The notes beneath the pieces are model-generated. The model did not search any database, was not told the origin of the DNA, and worked only from the letters and a program-made list of their open reading frames with translations. Shown here piece by piece: positions 47,585-59,899 of a DNA stretch of 64,000 bases; the first letter of the stretch is position 1, and each line of letters opens with the position of its first letter. Origin of the DNA: Marsupella aquatica (lineage: Eukaryota; Plantae; Marchantiophyta); assembly GCA_973895155.1 (NCBI GenBank), contig OZ316891.1, positions 20,534,169-20,598,168 on the forward strand, given 5' to 3'. Position numbers and translations under genes: made by a program.

Positions 47585-50500
47585 AGATATAGACTGGGAT
47601 ATAGAACAAATCCAAAGAACAAATAAGCCAAAATGGGAGACAGCATCCCAAAGGAGACCCAATATCCTACTTGTTAACTGATTCGCAGTCTTCAATGGCA
47701 GAAAATTATGTACATTTTTTGCCTGTGGCTGTGATACAACGGCAGAGAACATTCTCTACCCAAAACATTTTTTAAGAGGAGTTTCTCCAGTATTTCATTG
47801 TCATCTAACCTACACATGTGGTCACGACGTATTTAATTGAAAACAATGTTTTCCATGTAAGTATTTGGGGGCTGTGGCTCTGGATTTGAATTTGTTCCCA
47901 ATTCCAACTGCCAGCATGTTTTCCCGGGCTGACACATCAAACTTCAAATTTGTGTGCTGGGCAACAGGATTTTAAAAATTAGTCAATGAACAAGCCAACT
48001 CAGGCCATGATGGTGACAAGAGGATCATTATTCTAGACCAAACAAAGCTGATGATTGATAGATTGCCAGTGTACTTAGGGGCAGAAATCATCCTAATCTG
48101 AGGGACCTCAGTTTATCTAATTAGAACAGCCAACAAGTTTGGAGAGCTCAACAATAATTCGCAGAAGCGTGGCTGACATTCTCATTTGAGTTTCAAACGT
48201 GCCCACTGTCCCAACCGTTAGACTGGCAGACTTTTATATTCGAGTTTTCTCTCATGGCCAACAACCTTTACTTGTTTCAAAACAACATTCTTCTCACCAG
48301 GTCTACTATTAGACTTGTGCTCCTTTCTCTTGTTGATAGAAAATGCTTTGTGGGGAACCTGCAGTACAGCACAATCTCTCCAATTAGGGGAACGTTTTTC
48401 CTCTTCCCTCTGCAATCATGTTTATGGAGGAAAGCTATAACATAGCCTGCGTGGATGATCTACAGGTGGCCCTGTGTATGAAGCAAAAAAGTCACCCTGC
48501 CTAACTCTACAATGAGCCTCACTAAATGACAAATGGATATTTGCTACACGTGGATACTTATCTGCTTGCAATTGCCTACAATTGCTCTAGGTTCAGAAAT
48601 GCATTGATTATTGTCCAAGTCATGTTTACATAGAATATTATTTTGCACTAGTCCATCAACTATGCCATCCTGTGCACTAGAAGTGCAAGTTTTTTGGTGT
48701 TTACACTTACACCAGGATATTAACATTTATAACGAAGTTTCTAGAAATGCAAAAGAAATTTGCACTTGTACTTATAGCATAGTTGTCATGTCGGAATGCA
48801 AGATTATTGGGTTTGCAACTTTGCACTCATGGCCTAGTGCAAACCATGCACAAATGCACCCTAAAGCATGCTTCCGAAATTCGTGCACTTATACACGGCT
48901 GATTGTACTTAGCACAATTTATTTTCCCTTTCCTCCAAACAAGGAAGAAAAAATTGCGCCGGCAGTGAACTGGTCAAAGGGACCACTAATGCTGGGGGAT
49001 TGTGGGGCCGCAGAGGGATCAGGCAGCAAAATGGTTCAACTCTGCTCGCTTCATGAGTTGATGTAGTCTAGGCTTTACAGAACGAGAAAAGGGGGGCAAT
49101 CCGGACTGCATGGATGTACAGCATCAAAAGCTGATAGAATGAAACGTACCACCTATGTTGGTGGCTACAATGGCGAGATTGTCAAACTAGCTTTTTCGAT
49201 CACCCAGGTACGGTCCGTTACGAGGCTATTACTGATGAAACTATGAGAGCTACCCAAATCACTGCCTGTCACGCGCTAACATGTGAGGATAGCTGCTACG
49301 ATGGAATGAGAGAGGAGGATTTTATATGAGTCTCTGCGACTCTGTGAGAGAAGAGGATTCCCTGCAACTTCCCCTTTTCCCAGCTTTCCGAACTACAGTA
49401 ATGATTTGGCTTCGTTTGCTGATCAAGGAGCTAAACGCCTAGGATTTGCTTGATGAACTCCTTCTTGTTCTCTAATGAACAGAGTTGGGTCACAACTGAC
49501 AGTGAGAAATTAGACTTGGTGATCAGTCCTTGATCTTTCGAGGAGTTCACCGCTCACCATAGTTATTCTCTGATGAAAGAATGAACTGGTTCATTTTCGA
49601 GCTTCCAGCAGACTGTGGCTGCGTCCCTTGAGCTGACGAGGCCTTGAGCTGGGTGGGATTATCATCCTTGCTGATGGATTGATGGAAAGTTGAGCAGATA
49701 GTTGGGCCAAATCAGTATGATGACTTGACCGAGACAGACTCTGGACGGAGACATTTTGAGAGCAGGATAGGTTGGCGGAGTCCTGGCGTCCAGCTAAAAA
49801 ACTAAATCAGCTGTGGATTGTGTGCCACAAAAGTCGTCGATCGCAGAGGCGGATGGATAGATAGATAGATTGGCAGAGAGTAGACCCACCAGATTGCGGC
49901 CCCTCTCTTTCCAGCTAACGACCAACAAAGGTTGATTGCAAGATTGTTGGTCCAAGAGGAATCATTCAGATCTGCCAGTCAGTGAGCTGACGAGGAGCAG
50001 AGCAGGGCATTTACAGGCGAAGAGCTGGTCAGCCTTAAAGAAGCGGTACTTTACGAGACAGCCAACGGCAAAGAGAGGCTGCAGGCTCTGAGGTACTGGG
50101 TCGTGTTGATGGGGTGGGAGAGTTTGAAAGATTTGAAGAAGAAGATGGTAGACGAGAGCAGCAAATAACCGAGGATTGGGGACGTTTTATGTTAGTTCAC
50201 CTGATTTACGTGGAAGGAACACGGTCCAGTCATCGCTTACTGTTAATTACTACTACTGCTCTCGACGGCCAGCCGCTGAAACGAGGTCGCTGACTGCGGT
50301 ACTTTTGAGTTATATGTAATCGGTACATTAGCGCATGCTGCTGCGGAAGCGACAGACCAGGGAGTCCTAGTGGAAGTGCATTGGCAGAGCTCTAATAGGA
50401 AAGTGCACCAAGAGTCACTGGAGAAAACAGAGGCAGACAACACGAGCAGAAGCAGCAGCTCACGAGGCAGGCAGGTAGGGAAAGGCATGATGTATGCACT

Positions 50501-52484
50501 GTCCAATCACTGCCCTCCTTCGAGCAGATTGGCTCTGGAGAAGGCAGGAAGTCATCCCGCCTGCATGCTGCTGCAGCGCGTACGCCGGGCTGGGTGCTGG
50601 AGAAGAGATTGACGAGGTGGCTCTCACTCCGCGGGCAGAGAGAGGGACGAAAGAGCAAGAGGACATAGGGAGAGCGAGGGCAGATGGCGTGTTAGGAGGC
50701 TGATCGGATGGATTTATGAATCTTCATCCGGGTATTAATCTCGACGAAGCAACGGCTAAAGTGAGATGTGGAAAAGTGGGCACTGAGGTGAGGAGCTATG
50801 GGTAGGCGGTGGTGGTCTACGCTGGCGAAAGGTGGTGGTGGTGGTCCGGATTCCGCTCATTCGCTAGCCAGGTTTAATTTTGCATTGTTCGGAGAATCGT
50901 TGAGTGGTTTAGTTAGATTCGATAAGTTGTACCCTGTTGGGTTCCAATGCGATCATCTGCAATCCTATGTGAACGTTTCAACGAGTTGGGGAGGGTGACG
51001 ATTTTGTTTTGGAGGAAGTCGAAAAGATTCTGCTTGAGCGGGATAGCGAAGGGAGGTGCTTGCACAGTGCGGGTGTCTTGAGGTGGGTGGGCATTACGGA
51101 GGGAGGATCAGCGTTTTGCAGTGATCGGTGCTTTCCTTCGTGGTGGAGTGGTGCTGTGTCCTTACGTGGTTGGACTGGGATTCACGAATCGGACGAGGAG
51201 CGTTGTTGATTGTGCACTCCGGTGAGGCTGGCTGGGGCCTCAAAGCTGGTTAAACGAAAGGCAAAGGAAAGTTTTAACTGGAATGGAAAAGTTCTGAATG
51301 GTGACCGGAAGTGCCAAGGTGTGGGGCGGACTGGCTGTTTGGGTCGGGGCTCTTGGTATTCTTTCTCCTGGGCTCGCAAATTGCGGGGGCCTTTTGGCTG
51401 GTCGGGAGCTGGAGCACTCGGGTGGAGCTTTGATTGGAGCTTGAGTGCAGCTTCTGAGAGCAGCGGAAGCTGTCTTCTCCTCTTGGGGCCTGTGCGCTCG
51501 GACGACTGCTGGTGTGCGAGCCTTTTTTTTCTGCTCCAGTGCGTTTGAAGCTACGGGAAACTCGGAGGTCTGCTGGTGATACTTTGTGGAGGCAGATTTT
51601 GAAGGTTGTGTGACCAACGTGCTAGGGGATTTATCGGTTTCTTGCCCGGTGACTGTCTAGGCGTCGCTTTGTGGTGGACTGGCGGCAACTTATCACCTCT
51701 GAACGTTTGTATCTGTTTGGAGAGTTGGGGAGAGTCGTGGTACGTGGTGATATACGAAGCTGGACGTCAGCGTGAGGTGAGAACAGAGACTGCTGCTTCC
51801 TTAATTTTGCAAATTCCAAGTTTGGATTGTTTTCGGTAGAACGGAACATACCTTTGAGTCAAGAGCCGGGGAATAGAATAAGGGATGGATTATAATGGAG
51901 CGAATGCAATGGGAGTTCAATGGGAGCCTCCGGCCCTCGTCGCCTAGCTGGGAGGGTCTTGGAAAGGAAGGATATGGGACTCGGAATGAGGAAGCATCTC
52001 GTGGGAAGAGAATTGCAACTCTTCATTTCGAGTACGCGGCCTTCCCTCTGAACGAGCATCATTAGTCAGCTTGCGTTAGTAAACTCTTCTTCAAACAAAA
52101 GGGCAGTTCTATCGAAGCTTTCAATCCTGGTTCTGCACCCTGTAGATCAAATCTATACCATTTTGTAGTGGCTGCTAATTTACCCGCAACTTATAATTTC
52201 TGCCGTCTATTAATCCACTAAAGAATTTCAGGAGGCAGTTGACCACATAGACTCTCTTGTAAAACAGCATGAGTGCTCTCATCCAACAATCTAGTCTGAT
52301 ATGAAGTTCCAATTCGGCGGTCGGCAGTGGACGAAACATTGAAGTGCTTAGAAAATTTTCAACCTCGTTGCATGATTGTGTTTGATATAATCATCTGACG
52401 CCCAATGTACATTGTGTTCTTCGTATTGACGCGGTCAGAGCAAACTACTGTGTCCCATCTCATCTCGCAACAGTGGATTGAGCT

Positions 52485-54377
52485 ATGATAGTCTACGAAG
52501 GTAGCGAGGCGGAGCAGCAGCAACAGACTGTGGGGGCTTCATTCTCCGTGGGCAGAAACGTGGAGACGTGGTTACAACGTTCGCAAGAGCTGGCGAATAT
52601 TGTAGGTGGCGAGGCATCCGGAGTGAAGGCATTTCTGGGAAGATGGAAGACTATCAGGAGCCGGTTACTGCAGCTGCCAGCCCTGTTGAACGAGCTGGCC
52701 CAGACGCCATGCTTTCTTCAGAACTCCTTGATTTTGGAGCTCTTGGAGTCCATTGTTGGGAGCCTGGAGGAAGCCAAGCAGTTGGTCGATAGGTGTACGG
52801 AGCTTAGTTATGTGGGTAAGCTCCAAATGCAGAGCAATCTTGATGCTCTTGCTGCCAGGCTAGACTTGCACATACACGATGGTCAGCTCATGCTCAAGAG
52901 TGGAGTGCTCAAACAAGCCCCCGTGGTGCCAACAATGGCCACACCAGAAACCAGTAGGGAGGCAATGCGATGGACTATTAAGGACCTCCTTGCCCGTCTG
53001 CAGATTGGCAACACCGAATCGAAGCAGAAAGCGTTGGACACTCTCGTAGATTTAATGCATGATGATGACAAGAACGTCCTCTTTGTGGCCAGCCAAGGGG
53101 GCATTTCTGCCCTGGTCCACTTACTGGATGTGAGCTTACCAACTCTCAGAGAAAAGGCCGCCTCTGCAATCTGTAGCCTGGCATTGAACGATAGCTGTGA
53201 GCACCTCGTTGTCAGCGAGGGCTCAATTGCTCCGCTCGTGAGGTTACTGGATTCTGGCAGTTCACTGGCGAAGGAGAAGGCTGCCTCCGCATTACAGGGG
53301 TTGGCCTACACTGCGGAAAATGCCCGAGCAGTGGCTGCACATGGGGGCATTCCTGCTCTCATCGAGCTCTGTCGAATCGGCACACCTGCCACTCAAGCAG
53401 CAGCAGCCGGAGCCATCCGAAATCTTGCCGGGGTAGTGGAAATCCGAGCCGGTGTAGCGGACGAGGGGGCCATTCCCATCATGATCAATCTGATCACTTC
53501 AGGGACAGCAGTAGCACAGGAGCATGCAGCTGCGGCACTCCAGAACCTGGCTTTGAGCGATGACAGGATGAGACAGGCAATTTCCAAAGAAGGGGGCATT
53601 GAACCTCTCCTCAGATATTTGGACAGCACAACTAGCCCTCGAGCTCGAGAGATCACAGTCGAAGCCCTCCGCAACATAGCGGCCTCCCCTGCGAATTCTG
53701 AATCTTTGATTGAAGCTGGATTTCTTCCCAGGTTGGTTTCTGTGCTCAGAATTGGGCCTCTCACTGCTCAGCAATCCGCAGCTGAGGCTGTTTGTTACTT
53801 GGCCCAGTCGGAAGACTCTCGGCAGGCTCTTGGGGAGGCGGGCATCATTCCCCCTCTCGTGAAAATGCTCGACGCCAAGACAAGCTGTGCACAGGAGTTT
53901 GCTGCACAGGCCTTATCTCGCTTGTTACAAGTGGAGAGCAATTGCAAGGAGTTTATGTACGAGGAGCAGGGTATTCCTGGTCTGGTCCAGTTGCTAGACA
54001 TCCGCAACACCACCATCGCCAAGCAATTCCCAATCTCTGCTCTCGCTGCTCTTGTGGGCAGTGCAAGATGTCGCAAGCAGATGGTTGCTACCGGTGCTTG
54101 CGTCCATCTTCGAGCTCTAGCTGACACGGACGTTGCCGGAGCAAAGCGGCTGCTGGAGCGCCTCGAACGAGGCAAACTCCTGAAGATGTTCTCCAGAAAG
54201 ATGTCGTCGAAGAAGGTACTTTCCCCCCACTTTGTTCTGCATGCAATAGTAGTAGCGGTCCCATATCTAGCTCTGTTGCTCTGTTTGCTCTTGACTGTGG
54301 CAGCTGCCTCTCCTGAAATTTCCCAATGGTGGGCTGACTGCGTGGTCATGTCAAGGGAATTTGTCTGTCAAGAGTGA
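52485..54377 (+). CDS. Armadillo (ARM)-repeat protein of the plant Vac8-like family with an N-terminal helical domain. C-terminus may instead be spliced (54215 to 54469-54483)
   Basis: 630-aa ORF with about 8-9 ARM repeats (GGISALVHLL, GSIAPLVRLLDSGS, GGIPALIELC, GAIPIMINLI, GIIPPLVKML); N-terminal GRWKTI...GKLQMQSNLDAL; C-terminal GAKRLLERLERGKL typical of this family. Confidence 0.9.
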   Translation: MIVYEGSEAEQQQQTVGASFSVGRNVETWLQRSQELANIVGGEASGVKAFLGRWKTIRSRLLQLPALLNELAQTPCFLQNSLILELLESIVGSLEEAKQLVDRCTELSYVGKLQMQSNLDALAARLDLHIHDGQLMLKSGVLKQAPVVPTMATPETSREAMRWTIKDLLARLQIGNTESKQKALDTLVDLMHDDDKNVLFVASQGGISALVHLLDVSLPTLREKAASAICSLALNDSCEHLVVSEGSIAPLVRLLDSGSSLAKEKAASALQGLAYTAENARAVAAHGGIPALIELCRIGTPATQAAAAGAIRNLAGVVEIRAGVADEGAIPIMINLITSGTAVAQEHAAAALQNLALSDDRMRQAISKEGGIEPLLRYLDSTTSPRAREITVEALRNIAASPANSESLIEAGFLPRLVSVLRIGPLTAQQSAAEAVCYLAQSEDSRQALGEAGIIPPLVKMLDAKTSCAQEFAAQALSRLLQVESNCKEFMYEEQGIPGLVQLLDIRNTTIAKQFPISALAALVGSARCRKQMVATGACVHLRALADTDVAGAKRLLERLERGKLLKMFSRKMSSKKVLSPHFVLHAIVVAVPYLALLLCLLLTVAAASPEISQWWADCVVMSREFVCQE

Positions 54378-56202
54378 GTGATTTAAAGATAGCGGATCAA
54401 CATGCTGGCTCTGGTGCTGAGGATGAATGATAGATGCTTCGTGTGTGCTGGTTCCTTCACTGATGCAGCTTGGTGGATCATGAACGCGTGCACCAGGAGG
54501 CAAAGCTCAAGAGTCAATGCTGTCAACCACCATCGCAATGTGGGTTGATCGGCTGCATTCCGATCTCGGTGCGCATCAACATTGCGACATCACGGGAGCT
54601 TGATCAAACGTCTACCACTCCATTCGTCGATGACTTTCAGTAATAGCGGCCGATCAACCAACCAATCCTCGAGTCAATCAACCGCACGTCTGTCCATCGG
54701 TCCGTCTATTTCATCTAAATTGAGAAGCTGGCCCACCGATTTTCGGCAGTTTTTAACGTCTACTCGAGAGTGCTCAAGATGCTTCTGTGGATGTCACCTT
54801 CAACCTCTTGCCTTTCAACTCACTCCGCAGCATGAAGGGATTCTGCCCGTCTATGGTCCTGGGTGTTTACTGGCGAAGCTATCAGATGGATCTCAGACGG
54901 TTTTGTCAATGCAAGCAGTGTAGTGGTTGGGTGGTTCAATGAGCCTCGTACGTCTCGGCTTCTGAGCAGCTGGCTGTAAATCTTACTCGGCCTCCCAGGG
55001 TCAAGAAGTTTTCGAGATTTATTTTCCGGAAGATCCTAAGGCTGTTTGATACCAACGAATGGGTTGGTTCAACAGCCAGGTACAGTTATCCTATTTTCAA
55101 CAATTCGATCACCTTCCTGTACTAGCCTCGAGTACTTTCTCTTTTACTGTATCAATGCCCAACAAGTGCAAGAGGTATTACTCAGTCTGATGGGATGATT
55201 GCTCAAAAGATTTGCGGTTCAATAGTATTCGAGGGTATCTTTTCTCAAGGTCAATAGACAAGGAGCATTGTAGCTCTGCTCTATCTTGTTGTAAGATATG
55301 TAAAGACTCGTGAGTTCCTTCTCACCTCTATCACTAAGATACTACGCTCAAGTTCGTTCCACTGCCACAGCTGCAAGTCGTTACATGGTATGCCCTGTAA
55401 CGGGTTTCGAATTCGAGCTGGAGCTTCAAGTTTTGCGTATCAGACCTCTCGTCAGAGTCAATCTTAGATCCTTCCTTGTGTTCCAATAGAAGCACCATGG
55501 CAGTACCGGGTGGAACTAGGGAGGCTCAATGGGATCTCGAGATGGGCTTTTTCTCTTCAGAAGATTAGACGAGCTTGACAAGACGTCTGGCTCTAATTTG
55601 CACTATTGTAAAATGTATCATAGAAGACAATGATAGTGACTTCAACTGTCATACCGATAATGAACGTTTCTGTCCTCAGCTGAGGATTCATTATTCAACG
55701 CGACCACAATTGATCCAGGATTTTGCCATTTTTGTTGGCCTGTGTTGTTGTTGGACTTTGTTGCTCACGCTCACCATGCAGTAATTTCTCGTTTCTGACA
55801 ACAGACACGCTGTTCACTTTTGGCCATCATTGCAATGAACTTGTCTAAAGCGAATGACTCAGCAACACCCACTGTAGTCTGTCCAACTACTGTCGATGAT
55901 GGACTACGAAAAGAAAGCAAAGTCCCCTCAGTTGCCTGCAAACCACTTTTTCTCAGGGATTGCTGGAACGAGAGCAATTTCAGCCACAGAATGCGATTAA
56001 TAACATACAAAGTGGATCTGGGCATCTACAGCGTGTGCATGGTTTCTCATGTGAATCATAAAAGCATCTGGACGTCAAAAGGGCCGTGCGGACCCTCAAC
56101 TGTTGATGGGTTGGTCAACACTGTAGCCAAAAAGATAAGAGGATAATTATAGCGTCACGTCAGGGTCAACATAAAAACGAGCATGTGAAGCCGAAGGTGT
56201 GA

Positions 56203-56432
56203 AGTGGAATCGGGAACTGAATGAATGATGGATTTGGCTTGTGGATGAATCATGTGAAAGACATCAAGGCAGTAAAGGAACACGGAAGAGATGGAGCACA
56301 AGCGATGGGGACTGCCCAAGGTGGAATCGGGAACTGAATGAATGATGGAATTGGCTTGTGGATGAATCACGTGACAGACATCAAGGCAGTAACGGAACAC
56401 GGAAGAGATGGAGCACAAGCGATGGGGACTGC
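56203..56432 (+). repeat. Tandem duplication (~117 bp x2)
   Basis: gtggaatcgggaactgaatgaatgatgg...ggagcacaagcgatggggactgc occurs twice. Confidence 0.92.
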
Positions 56433-56563
56433 TGTGGTGTGCTCTTCACCCTACATCCACGACTACACGGTAGTTTTCACGTGCTTTTCGTCGTAATTGT
56501 GAAGTAAATGGTGTTATGATGTGCACACGTTCGTAGATGAGTGGATGGAAGCACGAAATTTCA

Positions 56564-56811
56564 CCCCTGAGCTCTTTCCCTTGGTCTCCACTAGATCACA
56601 ATGCAAATGCAAACTCTCTACAGCCCCCTGAGCTCCATCCCCAGGTCTCCATAAGACCACAATGCACCCCCCTGAGCTCCATCCCCAGGTCTCCACAAGA
56701 CCACAATGCAAGCCCCCCTGAGCTCCATCCCCAGGTCTCCACAAGACCACAATGCAAGCCCCCCTGAGCTCCATCCCCAGGTCTCCACAAGACCACAATG
56801 CAAACTCTCTC
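56564..56811 (+). repeat. ~42-45-bp minisatellite (ccccctgagctccatccccaggtctccacaagaccacaatgca, about 5 copies)
   Basis: Directly visible near-perfect tandem copies. Confidence 0.92.
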
Positions 56812-58021
56812 TATAAGGCCAGTCTTGCATGTGTAAGGTCCTCAAAAAATAGTCCCTTTGCACTTACTAAATTGCCTTGATTCTCCTTTCTTGCTAAGTG
56901 TGAGGTGCACAAGAATTTTCTTGTCTGTTATTTTTACTTTTGTTAATTTTTGCTTGGTCATTTCTTGTCCCTGTTGTCTGTTTTATTCTGACTTCAAAAG
57001 ACCTGACCTCGAGGGGCCGGGAAGTTTCCAGCCCTTGCCCTTGGTTCTCCACTTTGTATGCCAGAAGCGTTGCCTGATTAGGAGGTTCTCAGTCCATAAT
57101 GCCTGATTAGGAGGTTCTCAGTCCATAATGTACTGTGGGCAGGAAAACTAAGGACCACTCAGGTGCAAGAGTGCTCTTCAAGTGTGCAAGATGTTAATCA
57201 GAGTCATTCAAAGTGGCAGTGTAGCAAATACAATAGTTTTTACACAGTATTTATAGAAAGATTTCATACATGGCAGTTTGACATAAAACTGTGGCAATAT
57301 TGTATTTTAGTTCATCTTAGTGACAAGGTAGTCAAAAGCTGATTGGGAAAAATCTTTGATTTGATCAATTCCTTCCCCAGGTTTTCCACTAGACTACCAC
57401 AAAGTCTCTATGAGCGCGCACAATATGGATAAGAGTACTTATAAGTGGTGATATGACAAATACAACATTTGCCACACTGTAGTTATATAGGACAGTCATT
57501 ATATGTTGTAGCATAGCAAAATATGCAATAAAAACTGTGGCGGTTTTGTTTGTGCACATCTTTAGTGGCATTGTAGGTGAAGCTGATTGGAGAATTTTGG
57601 ATTTTGATCAAGTACTTCCCCAAGCCTCCACTAGACTACAATGCAAACTCACTATATGTGTGCACAATATGGATAGGACTTGTTTTTATACACAGTACAA
57701 CAAATACAATAGTTGCTACACAGTAGCTATATGCAACAGTCCTTATACATGGCAGTATAACAATTACAATAAAACTGTGGCAATATGTTTGAATGTAATT
57801 GTGCACACCTTTAGTGGCATTATAGTCAAAAGCTCATTGGGAAAAATCTTGGATTCCATCACAATTATTTCCCTAGGTCTCCACTAGACCACAATGCAAA
57901 CTCTCTATTTGTGTGACAATATGGAGAAGAGCCATTAAGTGGTGGTATACCAAATACAATAGTTGCTACATAGTACATATAAGTTACAGTTGTTAAACAT
58001 GGCAGTATAGAAAATACCCCC

Positions 58022-58740
58022 AAAACCCCAAATGTATGTTCGAACGGGCATGCTCTAAGAAAACCGGGTTGCCAGGCATTCAGGCAGCTGACGCGGGTGA
58101 GAGGGGGGAAAAGTGAGGCTGGGGAGGAGGGTCTGGACAACCTGTTCCCTCCCAATATTGACCCTTCAACCTTGGCTCACGGGCAGGGAGGCCAAGGTTC
58201 TCCCAAGAAAAATGTCGGGCCCCTTGGGACAAAATGAAAACACATTTGCTTATTCTGCGCGGGACACTGTGTGCATGGAGCGCTGCGCTGATGTTGCAAT
58301 TAGAGTGAAAAGGTCAAAGTTGCATTGTAAGGAGATAATTGCACGACTCAATGTTGACACATCGGGGATATGAAACTGCGGGGTGATCGAAGTTGTGCTC
58401 CAAGTAAAACTTAGGGCAATTTCAAATGCTTCAATTTGAGACAATTCAGTTTAGGGTGCGATGATCGAGCAGCTGAGCTCTGTCCAGTACTAGATGGAAC
58501 AGCTGCACTCTCTCCATTGAAACCTTTGCAGCGACAGACTTTTATGTAGGCATATTGTAGAGAACACAAAGCACCATCCGGGCCTTCAACGGGCAGTACA
58601 GGTTAACGGGAGGGAGCAAGTTGTCCTGACCCTCTTGCCCCGCCCTCACTTCTCCCCCTCTCACGTACCCGCGTCTGCTGCCTGAAGTCTTGGCAACCCG
58701 ATTTTCTCACAGCATACTCGTTCAAACATACATTTGGGGT
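58022..58740. mobile_element. Non-autonomous TIR element (MITE or Mutator-like) with ~130-bp diverged inverted repeats
   Basis: 58022-58152 (accccaaatgtatgtt...ggacaacctgttccctccc) is the reverse complement of 58609-58740 (gggagcaagttgtcc...aacatacatttggggt). No TSD resolved. Confidence 0.7.
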
Positions 58741-58817
58741 CCCACCAAGCCATTCTAAACTTAGTGGGTCTGGTTGAGTAGGTTGGTTTAGTTTGGGGTC
58801 CCACCAAGAATATCTTT

Positions 58818-59246
58818 CAAGAAAAGCACACTGACCAATGAAAAGTACAGTCAAGTTTTATGACACAAAGATGCTACTATTTGTGCAGTTAATTCAATGT
58901 GCCTTATGAATGACACTCATTTCAGTAAAGAACATAAACTAAGGAAAGAAAGACATAAGGGGAACTTAAGACAGTGTGCATTCATGTTATTCTGAATCCT
59001 TTCTCTCACTCATGAATATACTTTGTCCAAGTGGTGGAGCCATTGGTTTCATCTCTAAGAGATCACAAACTTGAAAAGTTATAAGGGGGCTGCCCAAATA
59101 AGTTCAAAATTCTCTAGAATACCTAAAATTAAAGGTGTCTAAAAATTAATTTAAAATGTATAAGACAGATTGAAATTAAAATACATGACACAAAAACTCT
59201 GAATAAGACAAAATCTGAAGTGGATTCACCATATAACAGCTTCAAA
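58818..59246 (-). repeat. Inverted homolog of the Replitron 3' non-coding region (38481-38900)
   Basis: Shared blocks such as tctagaatacctaaaa, aaaatacatgacacaaaaa, ctgaataagacaaaatctgaa, ggtttcatctctaaga and gtgccttatgaatgacactc. Confidence 0.85.
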
Positions 59247-59899
59247 CTTTCTATAAGCATACACAATATGGATAAGAGTCATCACAAGTGGCAGTATAAA
59301 TAATACAACAGTTATTACACAGTGGTTGTCTGTGACAACAGTTATACATAACAGGTAGTTGTAAGTGAATATCATTATGCATGGCAGTATAACAAACACA
59401 ATAAAAACCATGAAGGAATTGGAATTGCCCACATCTTTAGTAGCATTTTAGTGGAAAGTGGATTGGGAAAAATCTTTGAGTTGATCAATTATGTCCAATC
59501 AAATGAAAACTGAGTATTGTGCCCATGGATATCAATCTTGTAGAATAGCTTGACCCAAAAACTCCCTTAATTGATATTGCTCTTGAATTGTCAGATTGCA
59601 AATTGCCAATTGGTCATCATGCCTAAGTTAAGTTGGTTTCCTATGCCCTACAAGTTTTGAGGCCACTAATCAACATTGATAGGCTCAAGGAAATTTCCCT
59701 AAGAAACCCAGTTGTAAAATATATTCTAAGCAAATATAGCACTTGTTTCTACATTTCAAGCATGCAATTCTAAATTGCTTTATGTGTTGCTTCTGAATCA
59801 TGAAGACACAACCACTTTGGTGAACCGGTACAGATAAGCTATGCTGAGGTTTCCTTTCTCAACAAAGTTTTTAGATAGCTTGTCAATTTCTCCTTAGGT

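Larger units (their letters stand above)
57200..59490 (+). repeat. Diverged ~240-bp tandem repeat, interrupted by the TIR element and the Replitron-like fragment
   Basis: ccactagac.ac, cacaatatggat, aaaactgtggc and gattgggaaaaatcttt recur at about 57340, 57390, 57630, 57880 and 59260-59480. Confidence 0.8.

Noticed and set aside
50243-52062. Multiple short overlapping ORFs upstream of the ARM gene
   Set aside because: GC-rich promoter or 5' UTR-like sequence with no domain signal. uORF function cannot be supported from sequence alone.
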